A stretch of DNA of 64,000 nt. It comes from Camelus ferus. Its lineage: Eukaryota. The stretch spans positions 57,228,001 through 57,292,000 of the forward strand of contig NC_045697.1 of assembly GCF_009834535.1 (NCBI RefSeq), written 5' to 3'. The stretch's first letter is position 1. Each line of letters starts with the position of its first letter. Shown here piece by piece: positions 25,531-38,749 of this stretch. The translations under genes and the position numbers were made by a program. A model generated the notes under the pieces. The model did no database searches and was not told the origin of the DNA. It saw only the letters and a program-made list of their open reading frames with translations.

Positions 25531-26706
25531 TCTAACACAGAATATAAAAATGCATTTGCTACATATTAAGTATGCCAAAAAATGGCACAAGTAACTTCTT
25601 ATGACTAAATATAACTTACTTTTACTTAATTTACTTAATTTACCAAATGTATATATTGCCCTTAAGATTTGATTGATGGAAGAAATTATAATAATAAATT
25701 ATGATATAAATGTGATACTTTCTTTAACAGTATATAAAAAACAACTCTAAGTTCTATCATTGTGCTAAAGTTGCTTAAGAATTTTAAAATGCAAGTTCCA
25801 AATAATCTGTATAAGTAAAGGTAATAGTCATTTTTTTAGGAGGGGAAATATATTCTTTTAAAAATACACACGATATAAGAAGCATATACAAATAATTATT
25901 TGAACTTCTGCTCCAGTCTGTATATTATTTGCTGGGAGAACCATAGTTTTAATTCTGTAATTCAGAATTGTAATGTTTGTGTACATATGGAAGAGCAAAC
26001 AAACTGAACTAGAGTTGAGGGACTAAGAGAAAGAGCAAAAGGGAAAAAGTGAAACAGAAAGTATAGGACTGGAGGCTGCACAGAAGTCAAATAGGAAATG
26101 AATTTCAATATTAGAGCACTTGGGACATTTATCAAAATATAACAATCGTAATATACTCAATATACTGTTGCATAAGTATTACTCTTTTTAGCAAAGTAAA
26201 CAAGGTTTACAATAAAATGTTATTCAGAGTTATTTATATTAAAACATATTAACAAATGCAAATGCACAAACATAAACTGAATAATTTAACATTTTCTAAA
26301 ACAAAGCTAGATATGATTAAACTAGCAAAAATGATTGTCTCCTACCAACATCTTTCTACCTAAAAGACAAAGTTAAACTCCTTCTTCTGATTTAAAACGG
26401 TGCTAGACCTGAGGATACATAGATACTTTTTAACACAGGCTGTTACCTTTCAGAACAAGTAAGCCTTAAAATGAATTTCATATTCAGCTGACAGTGCACT
26501 TTATAAAGCACAATTAGGCATGTAACAGCCTTCATGAAACAAAAGATAATAATAATTCAATCGGTATCATCAGGGCTTTTGTTTAATTCTAAATATACTA
26601 ATAAAGATATTTAAAATTTTTCAGGTCTATCTTGCTAGATATGCTAATGATTATTTTTATGTTTTATTTTATTTAATTTTAATAATAATAGTTGTCAGCC
26701 CCCACC

Positions 26707-28078
26707 TTTTTTTTCAACATTTTTTATTGATTTATAATCATTTTACAATGTTGTGTCGAATTCCAGTGTTCAGCACAATTTTTCAGTCATACATGGACAT
26801 ATACACACTCATTGTCACATTTTTTTCTCTGTTAGTTACCATAACGTTTTGTGTAAATTTCCCTGTGCTATACAGTATAATCTTGTTTATCTATTCTACA
26901 ATTTTGAAATCCCAGTCTATCCCTTCCCAGCCTCCGCCCCCCTGGCAACCACAAGTCTGTATTCTCTGTCTATAAGTCTATTTCTGTCCTGTATTTATGC
27001 TTTGTTTTTGTTTGTTTGTTTGTTTGTTTTTTAGATTCCACATATGAGCGATCTCATATGGTATTTTTCTTTCTCTTTCTGGCTTACTTCGCTTAGAATG
27101 ACATTCTCCAGGAGCATCCATGTTGCTGCAAATGGCATTATGTTGTCGGGTTTTATGGCTGAGTAGTATTCCATTGTATAAATATACCACTTCTTCTTTA
27201 TCCAGTCACCTGTTGATGGACATTTAGGCTGTTTCCATGTCTTGGCTATTGTAAATAGTGCTGCTATGAACACTGGGGTGCAGGTGTCATCCTGAAGTAG
27301 GGTTCCTTCTGGATACAAGCCCGGGAGTGGGATTCCTGGGTCATACGGTAAGTCTATTCCTAGTCTTTTGAGGAATCTCCAGACTGTTTTCCATAGTGGC
27401 TGCAGCAAACTGCATTCCCACCAGCAGTGTAGGAGGGTTCCCCTTTCTCCACAGCCTCTCCAGCATTTGTCATTTGTGGATTTTTGAATGACAGCCATTC
27501 TGACTGGTGTGAGGTGATACCTCATTGTAGTTTTGATTTGCATTTCTCTGATAATTAGTGATATTGAGCATTTTTTCATGTGCCTTTTGATCACTTGTAT
27601 GTCTTCCTTGGAGAACTGCTTGTTTAGGTCTTCTGCCCATTTTTGGATTGGGTTGTTTATTTTTTTCTTATTGAGTCGTATGAGCTGCTCATATATTCTG
27701 GAGATCAAGCCTTTGTCGGTTTCATTTACAAAAATTTTCTCCCATTCCGTAGGTTGTCTTCTTGTTTTACTTCTGGTTTCCTTTGCTGTACAGAAGCTTG
27801 TAAGTTTCATTAGGTCCCATTTGTTTATTCTTGCTTTTATTTCTACTAGGAGAAAATTTTTGAAATGTATGTCAGATAATGTTTTGCCTATGTTTTCCTC
27901 TAGGAGGTTTATTGTATCTTGTCTTATGTTTAAGTCTTTGATCTATTTTGAGTTGATTTTTGTATATGGTGTAAGGGAGTGTTCTAGCTTCATTGTTTTA
28001 CATGCTGCTGTCCAGTTTTCCCAGCACCATTTGCTGAAGAGACTGTCTTTATTCCATTGTATATTCTTGCCTCCTTTG
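26707..28078 (-). mobile_element. Young lineage-specific 5'-truncated L1 (~1.37 kb): ORF2 C-terminus, 3' UTR and A-tail
   Basis: T-tail from 26707; open 259-aa ORF2 C-terminus; CpGs retained; the 3' UTR resembles camelid L1 as I recall it. Confidence 0.96.
27031..27810 (-). pseudogene. L1 ORF2p C-terminal cysteine-rich region; open frame but non-autonomous
   Basis: [45 protein letters not shown]. Confidence 0.95.
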
Positions 28079-28079
28079 G

Positions 28080-28255
28080 ATTAAGTTCATCAGCAACTGT
28101 GGTAGTTGATTTAGTAACTCATCTGCTTTCACTCTCTTCCTTTCTCTGTATCACTTCTCTCCTCTTCTGCTAATTTTTTTTCTGTACCTCCTGGGTAAAG
28201 AATCTAGACTTGAATATTTGACTTAGAATCTGCTTCTGGGAGTAGCTATACTAAT
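28080..28255 (+). mobile_element. ERVL 5' LTR, 3' half (LTR16-like)
   Basis: cttcctttctctgtatcacttctc..cttagaatctgcttctggga, followed immediately by PBS-like ttggtaccag. Confidence 0.6.
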
Positions 28256-31200
28256 TTGGTACCAGACTTGGGACAAAGAATTAGATACTCATGTAGAGAT
28301 TGTTAAATTACTTACCAGCAAGATAACAGCAAAACCATATTTTGGTGGTAAGTGGCGTGGTTATGTTTTGGCACTTTGTAGCATTACAATCATTAAAGTT
28401 CCTACATGTGTGAAATCAGGATGGGATACAAGTGAAGAGTTGTGCTGACATATGTAACCTTTCTTGCTTTTGAGAAAATGATGAAGATGGTGGTTGTGAA
28501 GATACTAGCGTAGGTGGTTGGTTTTTAAATGCCATTGATGCATTCAAGCAAGAAAATGACAAGAATGACAGCCATAAGCCAGCCAGCCATCAAATTAGTA
28601 AATTATGTGAAAATCCAAAATTCTGTGAAATCTGCAAGTCTTCTATGAGAAGATTTAAAGATACCCATATCGCATTGAATGAAATAAGGCACAGGGCCTG
28701 ATTTCAGAGAACAATTTTTTGAAGATTCTTCTTCACTAAAGACATAGCTCTGATAGACCTGTTAGACCCTGATACCTGATATGGGAGCATCTAGTCGGAT
28801 GTGCTTAACCTTGATTTCTTAACCTTCTTACGTTAGGATAGAAGCTTGCTCATGCCTTGACAATATGGAGTTGCCTCAACTGGCTTTTAAGTGGATACTT
28901 CAAATAATGATATTTGTCCTCTTAACTTTTGCCCTCATATTCTGTAGGGTATCTAGGTCAATAGCTAGAATCAAATCTCATAATGGCCTGACTCAGCAAT
29001 AATTACATGTTTCAGGAGTAAAGGTATTAGCCACCAGAAGACCTACACAAGTTCAGGCTAACATATGCATAAAAGATAGGGAAAATATGATTGGAAATAT
29101 ATCTTGGGTTATTCAAGTAAAGTGATGCAGCAGATATGTCAAAATACAAGAAAATTACTAATAAGAATTATCCTCTTGTGATGTAAGATATAACATTCTT
29201 GAGCTGCTCTTAAGATGATGCTTGAATGATTTCTTGAATCTTGAGGAAAAAGTCAAAAAGCAAACAAAAAAAAACAATGATCTGCAGTAAATGAGTTGGA
29301 AATGCAAAATATATCTTGGCACAGTAAAGAATGAGGTCAAATCTCTATTTGGTCTCATGCCAGCAGAGATTTAGTTTATAAGACTAGAGAACTCATTGGT
29401 TAACTCTGTTCCTTTGGTGGGCACAGAGGATATTTCTTTATCTAAGCAATAAGCAATGTGCTAATGAGAGAGCTCCTGGAATCTTAAAAAACAATAGTAT
29501 TTTCTGTCCTTTGTAGACCAAAATTGATAAAAGAAGAAGTTGTTATGCAACTGGGCTCCTAAGTATCAATAGCGATAATAAGATTTCAGAAAGCAGAAGC
29601 CTAATGACAGCATTTAACAGTCAGAGACAAGATGTATACAATTACTAAAACAAGCAGGAAAGCTGAAATGACTCGCAGCAATCTATGGGGGATGAGTAAT
29701 AGACCATGGGGTTCCTAAGGATTAGGTATACAAGCTGCCAGGGAGGATATTGCTTGATCTGTAAACAAAAACTGTTCAAGAGCTAATGAACCAAAGTCTA
29801 CTTTCGGCTGCCTCAAAAGAAAATTATGAGCTCTTAATTCAGTTTCCAGGTCTCAGGACTGGAGAACATGAGTTGAACAGAAGGCTAAGTCACATTGAGA
29901 AAGATCACCAAACATCACAGCAACTGTATGTGAAGTGTTTCCCCAGTTATTCTCTAAAGGCATCCACAATCATTATAGTAGAGTAAATATTCACTGGGGA
30001 AAAATAAGGCCCGGCATTTTTAAGGATTTTTACATAAAGTACAAAACTGACAAAGCAAAAAGAAAACAGAAGCACTATCATAGTACTACAGTAAGTATAG
30101 GGACATATAGAAAAGCCAGGTGATAGATGGAATGAGGAGAAGACATCAAATGGAATCTCCTGAAACTCCAAAGTTAGAAGCAATGTTACAACTTTGGTGA
30201 CATAACAGAGATTAATGCCACTCTTGAAAGCATAAACAATTCAGGAATGATATTCTCCATCATAACCCTTTATAATTCACTAGTCTGACTGCACAATAAT
30301 CTTATGGATTATAGTGGCTGCCAAAGGACTATGGTGAACTTAAACAATGTGCTACCAATTATTGCAGCTTTTCCAGATGTGGTGTTTTTACTAAACACAT
30401 TAATTCTGTGTCTGCACTCAGTTTGTTATTTATTTGAAAAAATGCATAAACCATGTAAATTAGACATGGGAACAATAATAGCAGGTCCTTTGGTTGCCCT
30501 GGTTAGACTTATGAATGCCACAGGTGTGATATTGTAAATAAAAAGATTTAAGCGAATTTCACAGTAGTAAATATTTAAAGGTCTGCTGCTCTTGGGCACA
30601 TCAAAAAATTCCCAAGTTAAAGGATATATTATTACACCTTGTCCTTTCTACCACCAAGAAACAAGTGGAACATATGGTAGGCCTTTTTGGATTTTACATA
30701 TAGCAAACATTGCTTTGACACTTGTCAGGTGACTTAGAAAGGTATCAGTTTTGAGTAGGTCCAGAGTGAAAAAAGACTGTCTAGTAAGTGGCTTTACCAC
30801 TTGAGCCAATTGGTCTTGCAGGTCATAGGATTATAGAAATAATGGTTGCAGAAAAGGATAATGTAGAGTTTCTGGAAAATTCCAGTAGAAGAGTCATGGT
30901 TCAGACACCCAGGGTTTTCTAACAAGGTCATTTGGCTACATTAGAGAGCTGCTCATGGTTCAAAATTCAGTTCTTTTATGCTCTTGCAACTAGTGAAGAT
31001 CGATTTCCTGACTTTGGTCCAACGAGTTAGCTGTACATCAACTGGTGCTAGGTTATTGTCAATCCATAGATCATAATTTCAGACAGTCACAGCAGCAGTC
31101 CACCATATGATGGCAATGGCACATTCAGAATTAGTCACCAAAAGATCAACAGGGCCTAGCTGATATATACCAATAGGAACTGGGGGAACACGAGTGTTTT

Positions 31201-31700
31201 TGGATCATTGAGCATTGATGCAAACTCAGAGAGCACAGTAAGTTACAGAGTAAGTGATACAGACATATGTCTCCTATGTCTAATTTTCCAATGCCTCTCC
31301 ATAAAATCACATCTGTTGTGCTTTTTCTACAATTAACTGTTGTCAGAAAAAAAAATGGCTTGGTTTTGTTCAGAGATGGGTTGGCTTGGTGTATTATTGT
31401 GAGCTGAAATGGGCAGAGGCCACTCCACAGCCACCTCCTTGGGGCAGCCGTGAAAGTCAGTGTTGAGGGAAAATTCTCTGTATTGAGACAACTTACAAGT
31501 CTGGGAAACATCATGTTGATAGAACTGAGAGTGAACACAGCATTTATGGATCCATTTTTCTTAAGTCAATGCCCACCTGAGAGCGTGCATGACAGGGAAG
31601 CACTGAGTAACCTAGGAATGAGCTGAGTTCAGCTAGCCTCTCCCCTGGGTTATCCCAGGCTTACAAAGAAGATTTATGAGTAAGTTAACCCCAGTTGTAG
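28256..31700 (+). mobile_element. Decayed ERVL (ERV3-16A3/HERV16-like) internal region: gag, pro, RT, RNase H, start of IN
   Basis: gag VLCRP..QLGS at ~29510; RT PIIAAFPDVVFLL at ~30360 and LKDILLHLVLSTTKKQVEHMVGLFGF at ~30620; RNase H-like AWF..DG at ~31360; NAHLRA at ~31570. Confidence 0.85.
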
Positions 31701-31970
31701 AGCTCTGGTAGAGTCATTTGGAGGTAGAGTTGTTTTCACTATAACCATGTGTAGTTTCAAAAGCATGGAGAAGTATTGAGATGATGGCACTGAGTTGTTG
31801 ACACTGAGATGATGCTTCTTTTGGCTAATATCTGGGCTCTATGGTCTGCAAGCTCTCCTCATCTCCTTTATGTCTTGCCCCATTTTCCTCCCAGGTGTTC
31901 CATTAATAAGTCTCTTACATGTCTTATCCCAACTTGGTGCCTGCTTCTTTGGCATTCCAAACTGGCTCAG
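31700..31970 (+). mobile_element. ERVL LTR 3' part (LTR40-like)
   Basis: aataagtctcttacatgtcttatcccaacttggtgcctgcttct..aaactggctca. Confidence 0.6.
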
Positions 31971-32139
31971 TCTTAAAGAATTCTTTTGAGTATGAGAGAC
32001 CAACAGGGATGAGCAATGAGTAGATGAATTAAAGGATACTTGTATTATCATAGGGAGAGGAAAGACAGAGGCAAAATAATCTATTTGAAATGTATTTGGG
32101 GCTAGAGTAATTTTGCAATGCTAACATTTTTTGTGGTCA

Positions 32140-32240
32140 TGTTTTAAATAAAACTAAAAAAAAATTGGTTTAGATTTACAGAAAAGTTGAGAAGATCGTG
32201 CAGAAGGATTCCAAGTATCCCATACACAGATTCCCCTCTT
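32140..32240 (-). mobile_element. L1M 3'-terminal fragment
   Basis: tttagatttacagaaaagttg..cccatacacagattcccct. Confidence 0.65.
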
Positions 32241-32549
32241 AGTCTTTGCTTGTACACTCCAAATAATGCCTCATTCTACATACAGAGTAAGATTTTTCTA
32301 AATTTGAGATATGACAATGTTATACCCTTGCTTAGAATCTTTGAATTACATCCCTTGTTACAATACAAAATTTTAAAATTAGCATTATTTTAAGAATCCA
32401 TATGGTTTGGCCACTCATCACTTTTCTAATTTTAATCATAGTTACAGTTCTCCTCATTCTCTACTTACACTAACCATCCTTGCATTTCTCAGTCAGGCCT
32501 TGTCACTTTGAGATTCCAGAGTTTCTCCAGAGAAACTGAACCAACAGTG

Positions 32550-32600
<51 letters not shown>

Positions 32601-33400
32601 ACACACATATACGCACACACACTCTGGATCAAGTGCAGGCTAAGAAATCCCTTGGTCTGCCACCCTTAAGCTGCAAATCAGGAAAGTGTAGTGTAAGTCA
32701 GTCTAAGTCCGAATTCCTGAAAGCCACAGGAGCCAGTAGTGTAACTCAATCCAAAGTCAAAGGCCCTAATATCTAAGGACAAAAAAAGATTGACATCCCA
32801 GCTAAAGCATAAAGAAAGCAAATTCACCCTTCCTTTGCCTTTTTTTTTTTTTTTCTGCCACTGGAGCCCTCAGTGGATTTGATGATGCCTGCCCTCATTG
32901 GAGAGGGTGGATCTCTTCATTCAGTCTGCTGAATCAAATGCTAATATCCTCCAGAAACAACCTCACTGACACACCCAGATATAATGTTTTAACTGCTATC
33001 TGAGTATCCCTTAGCCCAGTGAAGCTGACGCATAAAATTAACCGTTACAAGTGTCTTGTTTAAGTTTTTTTTGTTTGTACCCTCTGCCTACCTGGTTCCC
33101 CTGCATTGTCCTTCCTCAGCCTACCCCCTGCTTCACCTAGTAAATTCCCACTATAATTTTAGATGACAAATAGGCACTGCATTCTCAAGGAATACTCTGA
33201 GTGTTACCTGTTTTACCAGTGTTTACCTGCAGTGCTTGTGTTCTCTCAGTTTTATAAAACTAAATTTTTGTAAAGCTGAATGAATTCATATATTTTAAAT
33301 GTGTGTGTTCAATACAAGATGCTAAGATACATGATAGCGTGTCTGTCTTACTTCTGTTACATAACCACAATGGCTAGCACATAGTGGGCATTTGTGAAAG
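32240..33400 (+). mobile_element. L2 3' region interrupted by an MLT2 LTR
   Basis: cagagtaagatttttctaaa..cccttgcttagaatc before the LTR; aagatacatgatag..ctagcacatagt after it. Confidence 0.65.
32509..33049 (-). mobile_element. MLT2 solo LTR containing (CA)n at ~32553-32621
   Basis: tttctccagagaaactgaaccaa..gctgacgcataaaattaaccgttaca. Confidence 0.9.
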
Positions 33401-34247
33401 AAGAAAGAGGGCAGAAAGGAAGGGAAGTAAAGAAGAGAAGAATGGAAGGAAGGATTTCAAGCTACCAAGCTAATATAGGAAAAATACATGCCAGTTGTGT
33501 TAATGTCACATCCTTTTCTTTTCTTCCAAAGAATCATGTCTGTAAAGGAAGGGATGACAAAATTTTTGCACTTGTTTTCATTTGAGTGACAGTTATTTTG
33601 GCATATATCTTACCTCAAAAATGTACAGTGCATTTGGGCGAAAACTTGGATATAATTTGCTCTCTTTTCCAGGTTGCTCAATAAGAGTAATTAAGTTTCC
33701 GAGAAGAACTCAAACATATTTCCTCACATAAATGGAGTAATAAATTTATTTGACTCCAAGGGCTAATAATTTTTCAAAATGCATTTAGCTTCTTGTATCA
33801 ACATCATCTGTTAAAACATACAAATATTTAACAATCATATTAATTTATTTAATGTTAAGTATTTAGTTAATTAATTGGCTATAACTGTGATTCACTTTTC
33901 AAAATACCAATAAGTTCACCATACTTTCTATGGAATTGTAATATGGTTTACACTCTTTAAAGCTGATAATTTTTAAAAAATATTTCTATTGATTTTTCCT
34001 ACATTCTTATTTGGGTACATTTGTATTTTAGAAATGTGTAACATTTACCTAGTTAAATGACCTGTTTACTTTATAACTTGAGGTAGTTCTCAGTCTTCTC
34101 ACTCATCATATTTTACTTTGCTCATTTTAAGTAAGAATGGTATTATTATAACACATGATTTCACAAAGTTATATAGTGGGTTATATTTACTAGGAAGCCT
34201 AGAAGTACTGTATTTTTCCTTTGAGATTACCCAATTGTTATCTACGG

Positions 34248-34330
34248 CAGTAGCTCTCAAACTCCTTTGTCTTAGGAATTCTTCATGCTTTTAAAGATGA
34301 TTGGGGTTCCAAATAAAGCTTCCTGAATAG
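34248..34330. mobile_element. hAT-Charlie DNA transposon end
   Basis: TIR-like cagtagctctcaaact preceded by atcTAcgg, a hAT-type target site. Confidence 0.55.
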
Positions 34331-34454
34331 ACTCTTGGGTAATAATGTAATGCATTGTAAAATAAATCTGAGTAAACACAAAATAATTGATTTACAAATA
34401 CTTTATTTAAATATATATGTATATATATTTAATATATATAGTGAAGACTCACTA

Positions 34455-34659
34455 ACACTTTTCAAATTACAGACTACTTCAGAGAATACATCAAAGTCCA
34501 CTGGAAATATGAGAATATGCCTCTGTCCCATCCCAGAGTAATTCATCAATATCCCTAGGTCTGGGCCCCAGGCAGTTGTTATTTGATTGTTTGTTGTACT
34601 TTTGTTTTGGTTAAGGTTTCTAGATGATTTTGCTTCACAGGTATGGTTGAGAACTACTA
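34455..34659. mobile_element. MER5-like hAT-Charlie MITE
   Basis: cccatcccagag..gggccccaggca..agatgattt..ggttgagaactact. Confidence 0.6.
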
Positions 34660-34904
34660 ATTACTAATTTAACCATGAAACATTGTCCACAGAATCCATG
34701 CTCTTGATTAGTTCTATGCTCCAGAGTAACTCTGTCTCCAAAGCTATGGTAAATGTACTTTGTTGCTATACACAAAGATTCTTCAGAAGAAATCAATTTC
34801 AAAATCCAGAACTTCCATATGTGGTGTTTCTTAAAGCTCATCATCTGACAGCCTTGTTCACAATAATCCACTTCCTATTTTATTAATGTAAGTGCATGTA
34901 CACC

Positions 34905-34958
34905 ATATATATATACACACACACACACAACACACACACACACACACACACACATATA
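34905..34958. repeat. (TA)n(CA)n microsatellite
   Basis: Read directly from the sequence. Confidence 0.9.
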
Positions 34959-35179
34959 TTGAATCTAATAGGTGAAACTGCTGTCTTTTACTCTCATGTT
35001 TCAATGTGGAGGTACTTAGAGTAATACTACTGCATGACTTCAGCCACCTGAATCAATCTTCACAGGTTGGTGTGCTAGAGAGAGGAAGGAAAAAAAGAAC
35101 ATGTTGTTCATCTCCTTCTTAGTTCTTCTGTGATGTGATGTGACTGTTGAAATAAGTAAGTTGTCAATTTTATGTACTG

Positions 35180-35355
35180 CAAAGATATTTGGACTTCTTT
35201 ATGACTCTTTTTATGGTACCACTGATGATTGAAAATTCTTAATTTTGCATATTTTAATTTATCCATTTTACTTTTCTTTTTGGTGAGTGCCTCTTCTGGT
35301 CTTGTTTAAGCTTCTTTTTCTCTTTTCAAGGTTATAAATATACTCTATATTACCT
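35180..35355 (-). mobile_element. Old L1 ORF2 fragment
   Basis: aaattcttaattttg..aatttatccatttt..gtcttgtttaag..caaggttataaa. Confidence 0.55.
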
Positions 35356-35639
35356 GAAGGGGATATTGTAGGAAAGAGGAAGAGAAAATGATTGAAAGGC
35401 TAGCAAAGGGAAGAAAGTTTTAAAAAAAACAAAACTGCATTTTTTAAGTATGAAGAAAATTTTAAAATATTTATATGCCCAAAGATATTTTATATAGAAA
35501 TATTTATATCAAAATTAATTAAAATAGATGCCAAATTCTGTTAATAAATTTATTTCTAATCTCTCTGTATTATTCAGTGAAATAAAAGTAATACAAAACT
35601 AGTTTATAACAGTGTAAAAATTCATTGAGTGTAATCTTT

Positions 35640-35790
35640 AGGACTGTCTCTGGAGTCAGAAAATCAGTATTCTAATCCTGGCTCACTCAGTCTCCTAATC
35701 TGTAAATTGAACAAGACAAAAAGTACTTGATGCATAAGGTTACCAAAATGATTAAATAAGAAATGCATTGTAGTAAATATATATATAATT
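35640..35790 (+). mobile_element. MIR with an internal deletion
   Basis: ctctggagtcaga..aatcctggctc / ctcagtctcctaatctgtaaa. Confidence 0.65.
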
Positions 35791-36859
35791 TTTTTTTCTT
35801 TCTAGAATATTTTACATTTAGAAGCTCCTTTTTTCCTCTTTATGTAATTGTACTGGGTTATCAATAGGTGACAGTAACTCTTCCACCAGGATTGGGACCA
35901 GTTTACTCAATTTGAGCACTCAAATTACTCTGAGACCCACTTTTTCTCAATGTCACTTTTTCATTTCTGATCTTTTAATTCCAGGAGCCAAAAAAGCCTT
36001 CTACATTACTTTATCAGATTTTGTTTTATCCTTTTTCATTATAAATAGGCAAGTCCTAACAAATATATTCCTAGAAAGCATTTATAATGTGCTCTCATAT
36101 ACTAAGTATCTACTTAATATCAGGCATAATCACTGTAATGAAGAGAATTGAAGCTAAGCAATAACAAGGGGGTTAAAAATCATTCCAAAGCTGTATGAGC
36201 TCAGCTATAAGATATGAACATCCCTGAGACTCATTTATTCTTTATTCATTAAGTCAGTCATTCAACAGATATCACTTGAGCCATTAATAGAGTTAGGAAC
36301 TCACATAAATTTTAGGATTAAAAATGTGCACTACTCTTAAAATATATTGAGCCAGGAAAGCAAAGAGTTCTTCCTCTCATTTTCCCGTTTATATTTTTCT
36401 ATGACTCTGTTCATTCCTTTACAAACAGAAATAAACTCAATAAAAATGTCAAATGTTCTAAATAACTGTTGCAGGAGCAAATAAGAATACCATAGAATTA
36501 AGTCATTTATTTCCAATTTAATAAAATCAATTGTTTAATGTAAATCAAAAGTATTGTCTTTAAATAATGCACAAAAATGATTCTGGAAAACAAAACCAAA
36601 AAATAAAGATTCAGATAATAAGAACAAAACTATATAGTTGAAATATAATAAAATCACTACTCCTTACTATATCTATTTTGTCCATAAAGCTTTCTGTATT
36701 TCAAGGTCATGAAGCTTGGTCTATTTTAGCACATATTTTAATAAAAATAAATTCACTGGAAGGAAAGTGCATATAGCTGAAATGTTCTTGTGTGTGTGCA
36801 TTAAGTAACACTAAGAATTCCAGAAGCCAAGTTCTCATAAGCATGTAAAGTTGTTTGAA

Positions 36860-37410
36860 TTATTTATGGCCACAATTTAATGCTGCTCCTCAAACAATCA
36901 CAAAACCTCAGTGGCATTTCACAACAAATATTTATATTTCTTCACCCAGGAGTTTATGCATTAGCTGGATGATTTTTCTGAAGCAAGCCAGAATCAGCTG
37001 ATTTCAGCTTGGCTTACTCATATGTTCGTGGTCAGCTGGAGGGTTGGATGTAGCCTGGAATTATATAGGCTTCTGGTTTAAGGATTTTGAAGGAATTGAC
37101 TCAGCTTTCCTCTGTCTGGCCTTTCATTCACTAGCAGATTACCTGGGTTTGTTTCCATACTAGAGCAGGTATTACTAAAAGAGGAAGGATTGAGGCACAC
37201 AAGGCTTCTTAGTCTTTTCAAATTCCCATGACACTGTTTCAATTGTGGTGCATTCAGTTAGCCAATGCAAGACACAAGTTCAACCCAGATTTAAGAAGTG
37301 GAGATAATAGACTCCTGAGATTTGAGGAGCTCAAAGTCACATAGCAAAGGGTGTGCATGTATTCTTCCCATATATATAAGTATATATGGAAAGTGGGGTG
37401 GTTTTATAAT
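36860..37410 (-). mobile_element. Old MaLR LTR (MLT1H-K-like)
   Basis: caaaacctcagtggcattt..aaagtcacatagcaaagggtgtg. Confidence 0.7.
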
Positions 37411-38029
37411 TCTGTATTTTTCCCAAGTAACTCAGAACATCAGCTATCCAATAGAATACACAGAGGCCCATCTATCTGATATAGTGTGGTATTGTAGTAA
37501 ACTGAACGCATTTTTCTTGAAAAATGTGCTTATCTGAGAAACACTTACCTTCTTCAATAATCCAAGGTAATATTTTTAAAAATGTACAGGATGTAAAACT
37601 ACTCAAAACTATCTGTCCAACTAAATAGGAAATAGAAAATTCAGTTCAATTGTAATTGTATTGCAGCCTACAAAGCCTGCATTTTTGTCATTAAAGTCAA
37701 GCAGTTTAGAAATTAATAAGCATTTGTCTGTCTGAATATGGCTTCATGAATTTTAAACAGGATGAGACATTGCTGTATTACATCTTTCATCAAACAATAG
37801 TCTCGTGCTATTATCAGTGACAGATTAAAACTAGCTGTGTTTTTCTTTAAATGACTGATGCATATGTAGTTTCTTAGCAGTTAATATCTGGTACATAGTG
37901 AAATTTTGAAATGTCTTAATATATTTTTTGAAGTATAATTTAAGAAAGAAAAAATATCAATTAACATGTTCATTTTATTAAATGCTCAAGTAGGTGCAAC
38001 TTGTGTCCAACAAATACAATGTCAGTGGT

Positions 38030-38405
38030 ATTCATAGATTTAGTCACAGTGGTAGTAGTCTTTTTCTTTCTGGCATGTGATGGGATTGAAATTTCTTTCC
38101 TCCTTTGAAAGTAAGCATAGCCATGTGACTCTCTTTGGGCCTGTGTTATGAGTGGAAATGATTCCTATCCTTTCTGGAAGGATATTTAAGGACATGGTTT
38201 GCCATGTTCTCTTCCCTTTGTTCAGGTGGTGGTGGGAAAATATGTGATAGTTGTCATGGTCGTTTGGAACCCCTTAGTCATTAAGATGAACAGACCTCCC
38301 TTCCAAACTCAAAAAAGGCATATGTATGAGAGATAAGTCAACTTTTCTTGTGTTGTCACTGTGATTTTCAGATTTTTGTTTAGTCTCAGTGCTTTCTGTC
38401 TGAAT
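38030..38405 (+). mobile_element. Old MaLR LTR (MLT1I/J-like)
   Basis: agccatgtgactctctttgg..atgagagataagtcaacttttcttgtgtt. Confidence 0.7.
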
Positions 38406-38749
38406 TAGATGTGGCTCAGTGTATCTTGATTTTAAGTTTGCTATAAATTAAATTTGTGTTTAGGGTTACAAGTAAAGATGGTTGATTTTAATGCATGTAG
38501 CTAAGAATATGGGCATTTTCAGTCTTCTGTGATAGGATTCTTAGAAATGTAAGTAGATATTAAAAATGTCAGTAATGTTTTAATCCTTTGATATTTATAG
38601 ACATAATACTTCATAAATATATCTGTAGATAATTATAAAATAATAGTTACTATTTATATGCCTATTATAGTATAGGCATTTTTTTTTTACTGTTATTTTT
38701 TATCTTGTTTAATCCTTCCAACAACCTTGTAAGCTACTTGTTTTCAGTA

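Noticed and set aside
27533..28084. 183-aa plus-strand ORF
   Set aside because: Antisense shadow of L1 ORF2; a well-known artefact.
34248..34659. Apparent TIR pair defining a single 410-bp transposon
   Set aside because: The 8-bp flanks (atctacgg / attactaa) do not match; more likely two Charlie-family relics sharing a TIR type.
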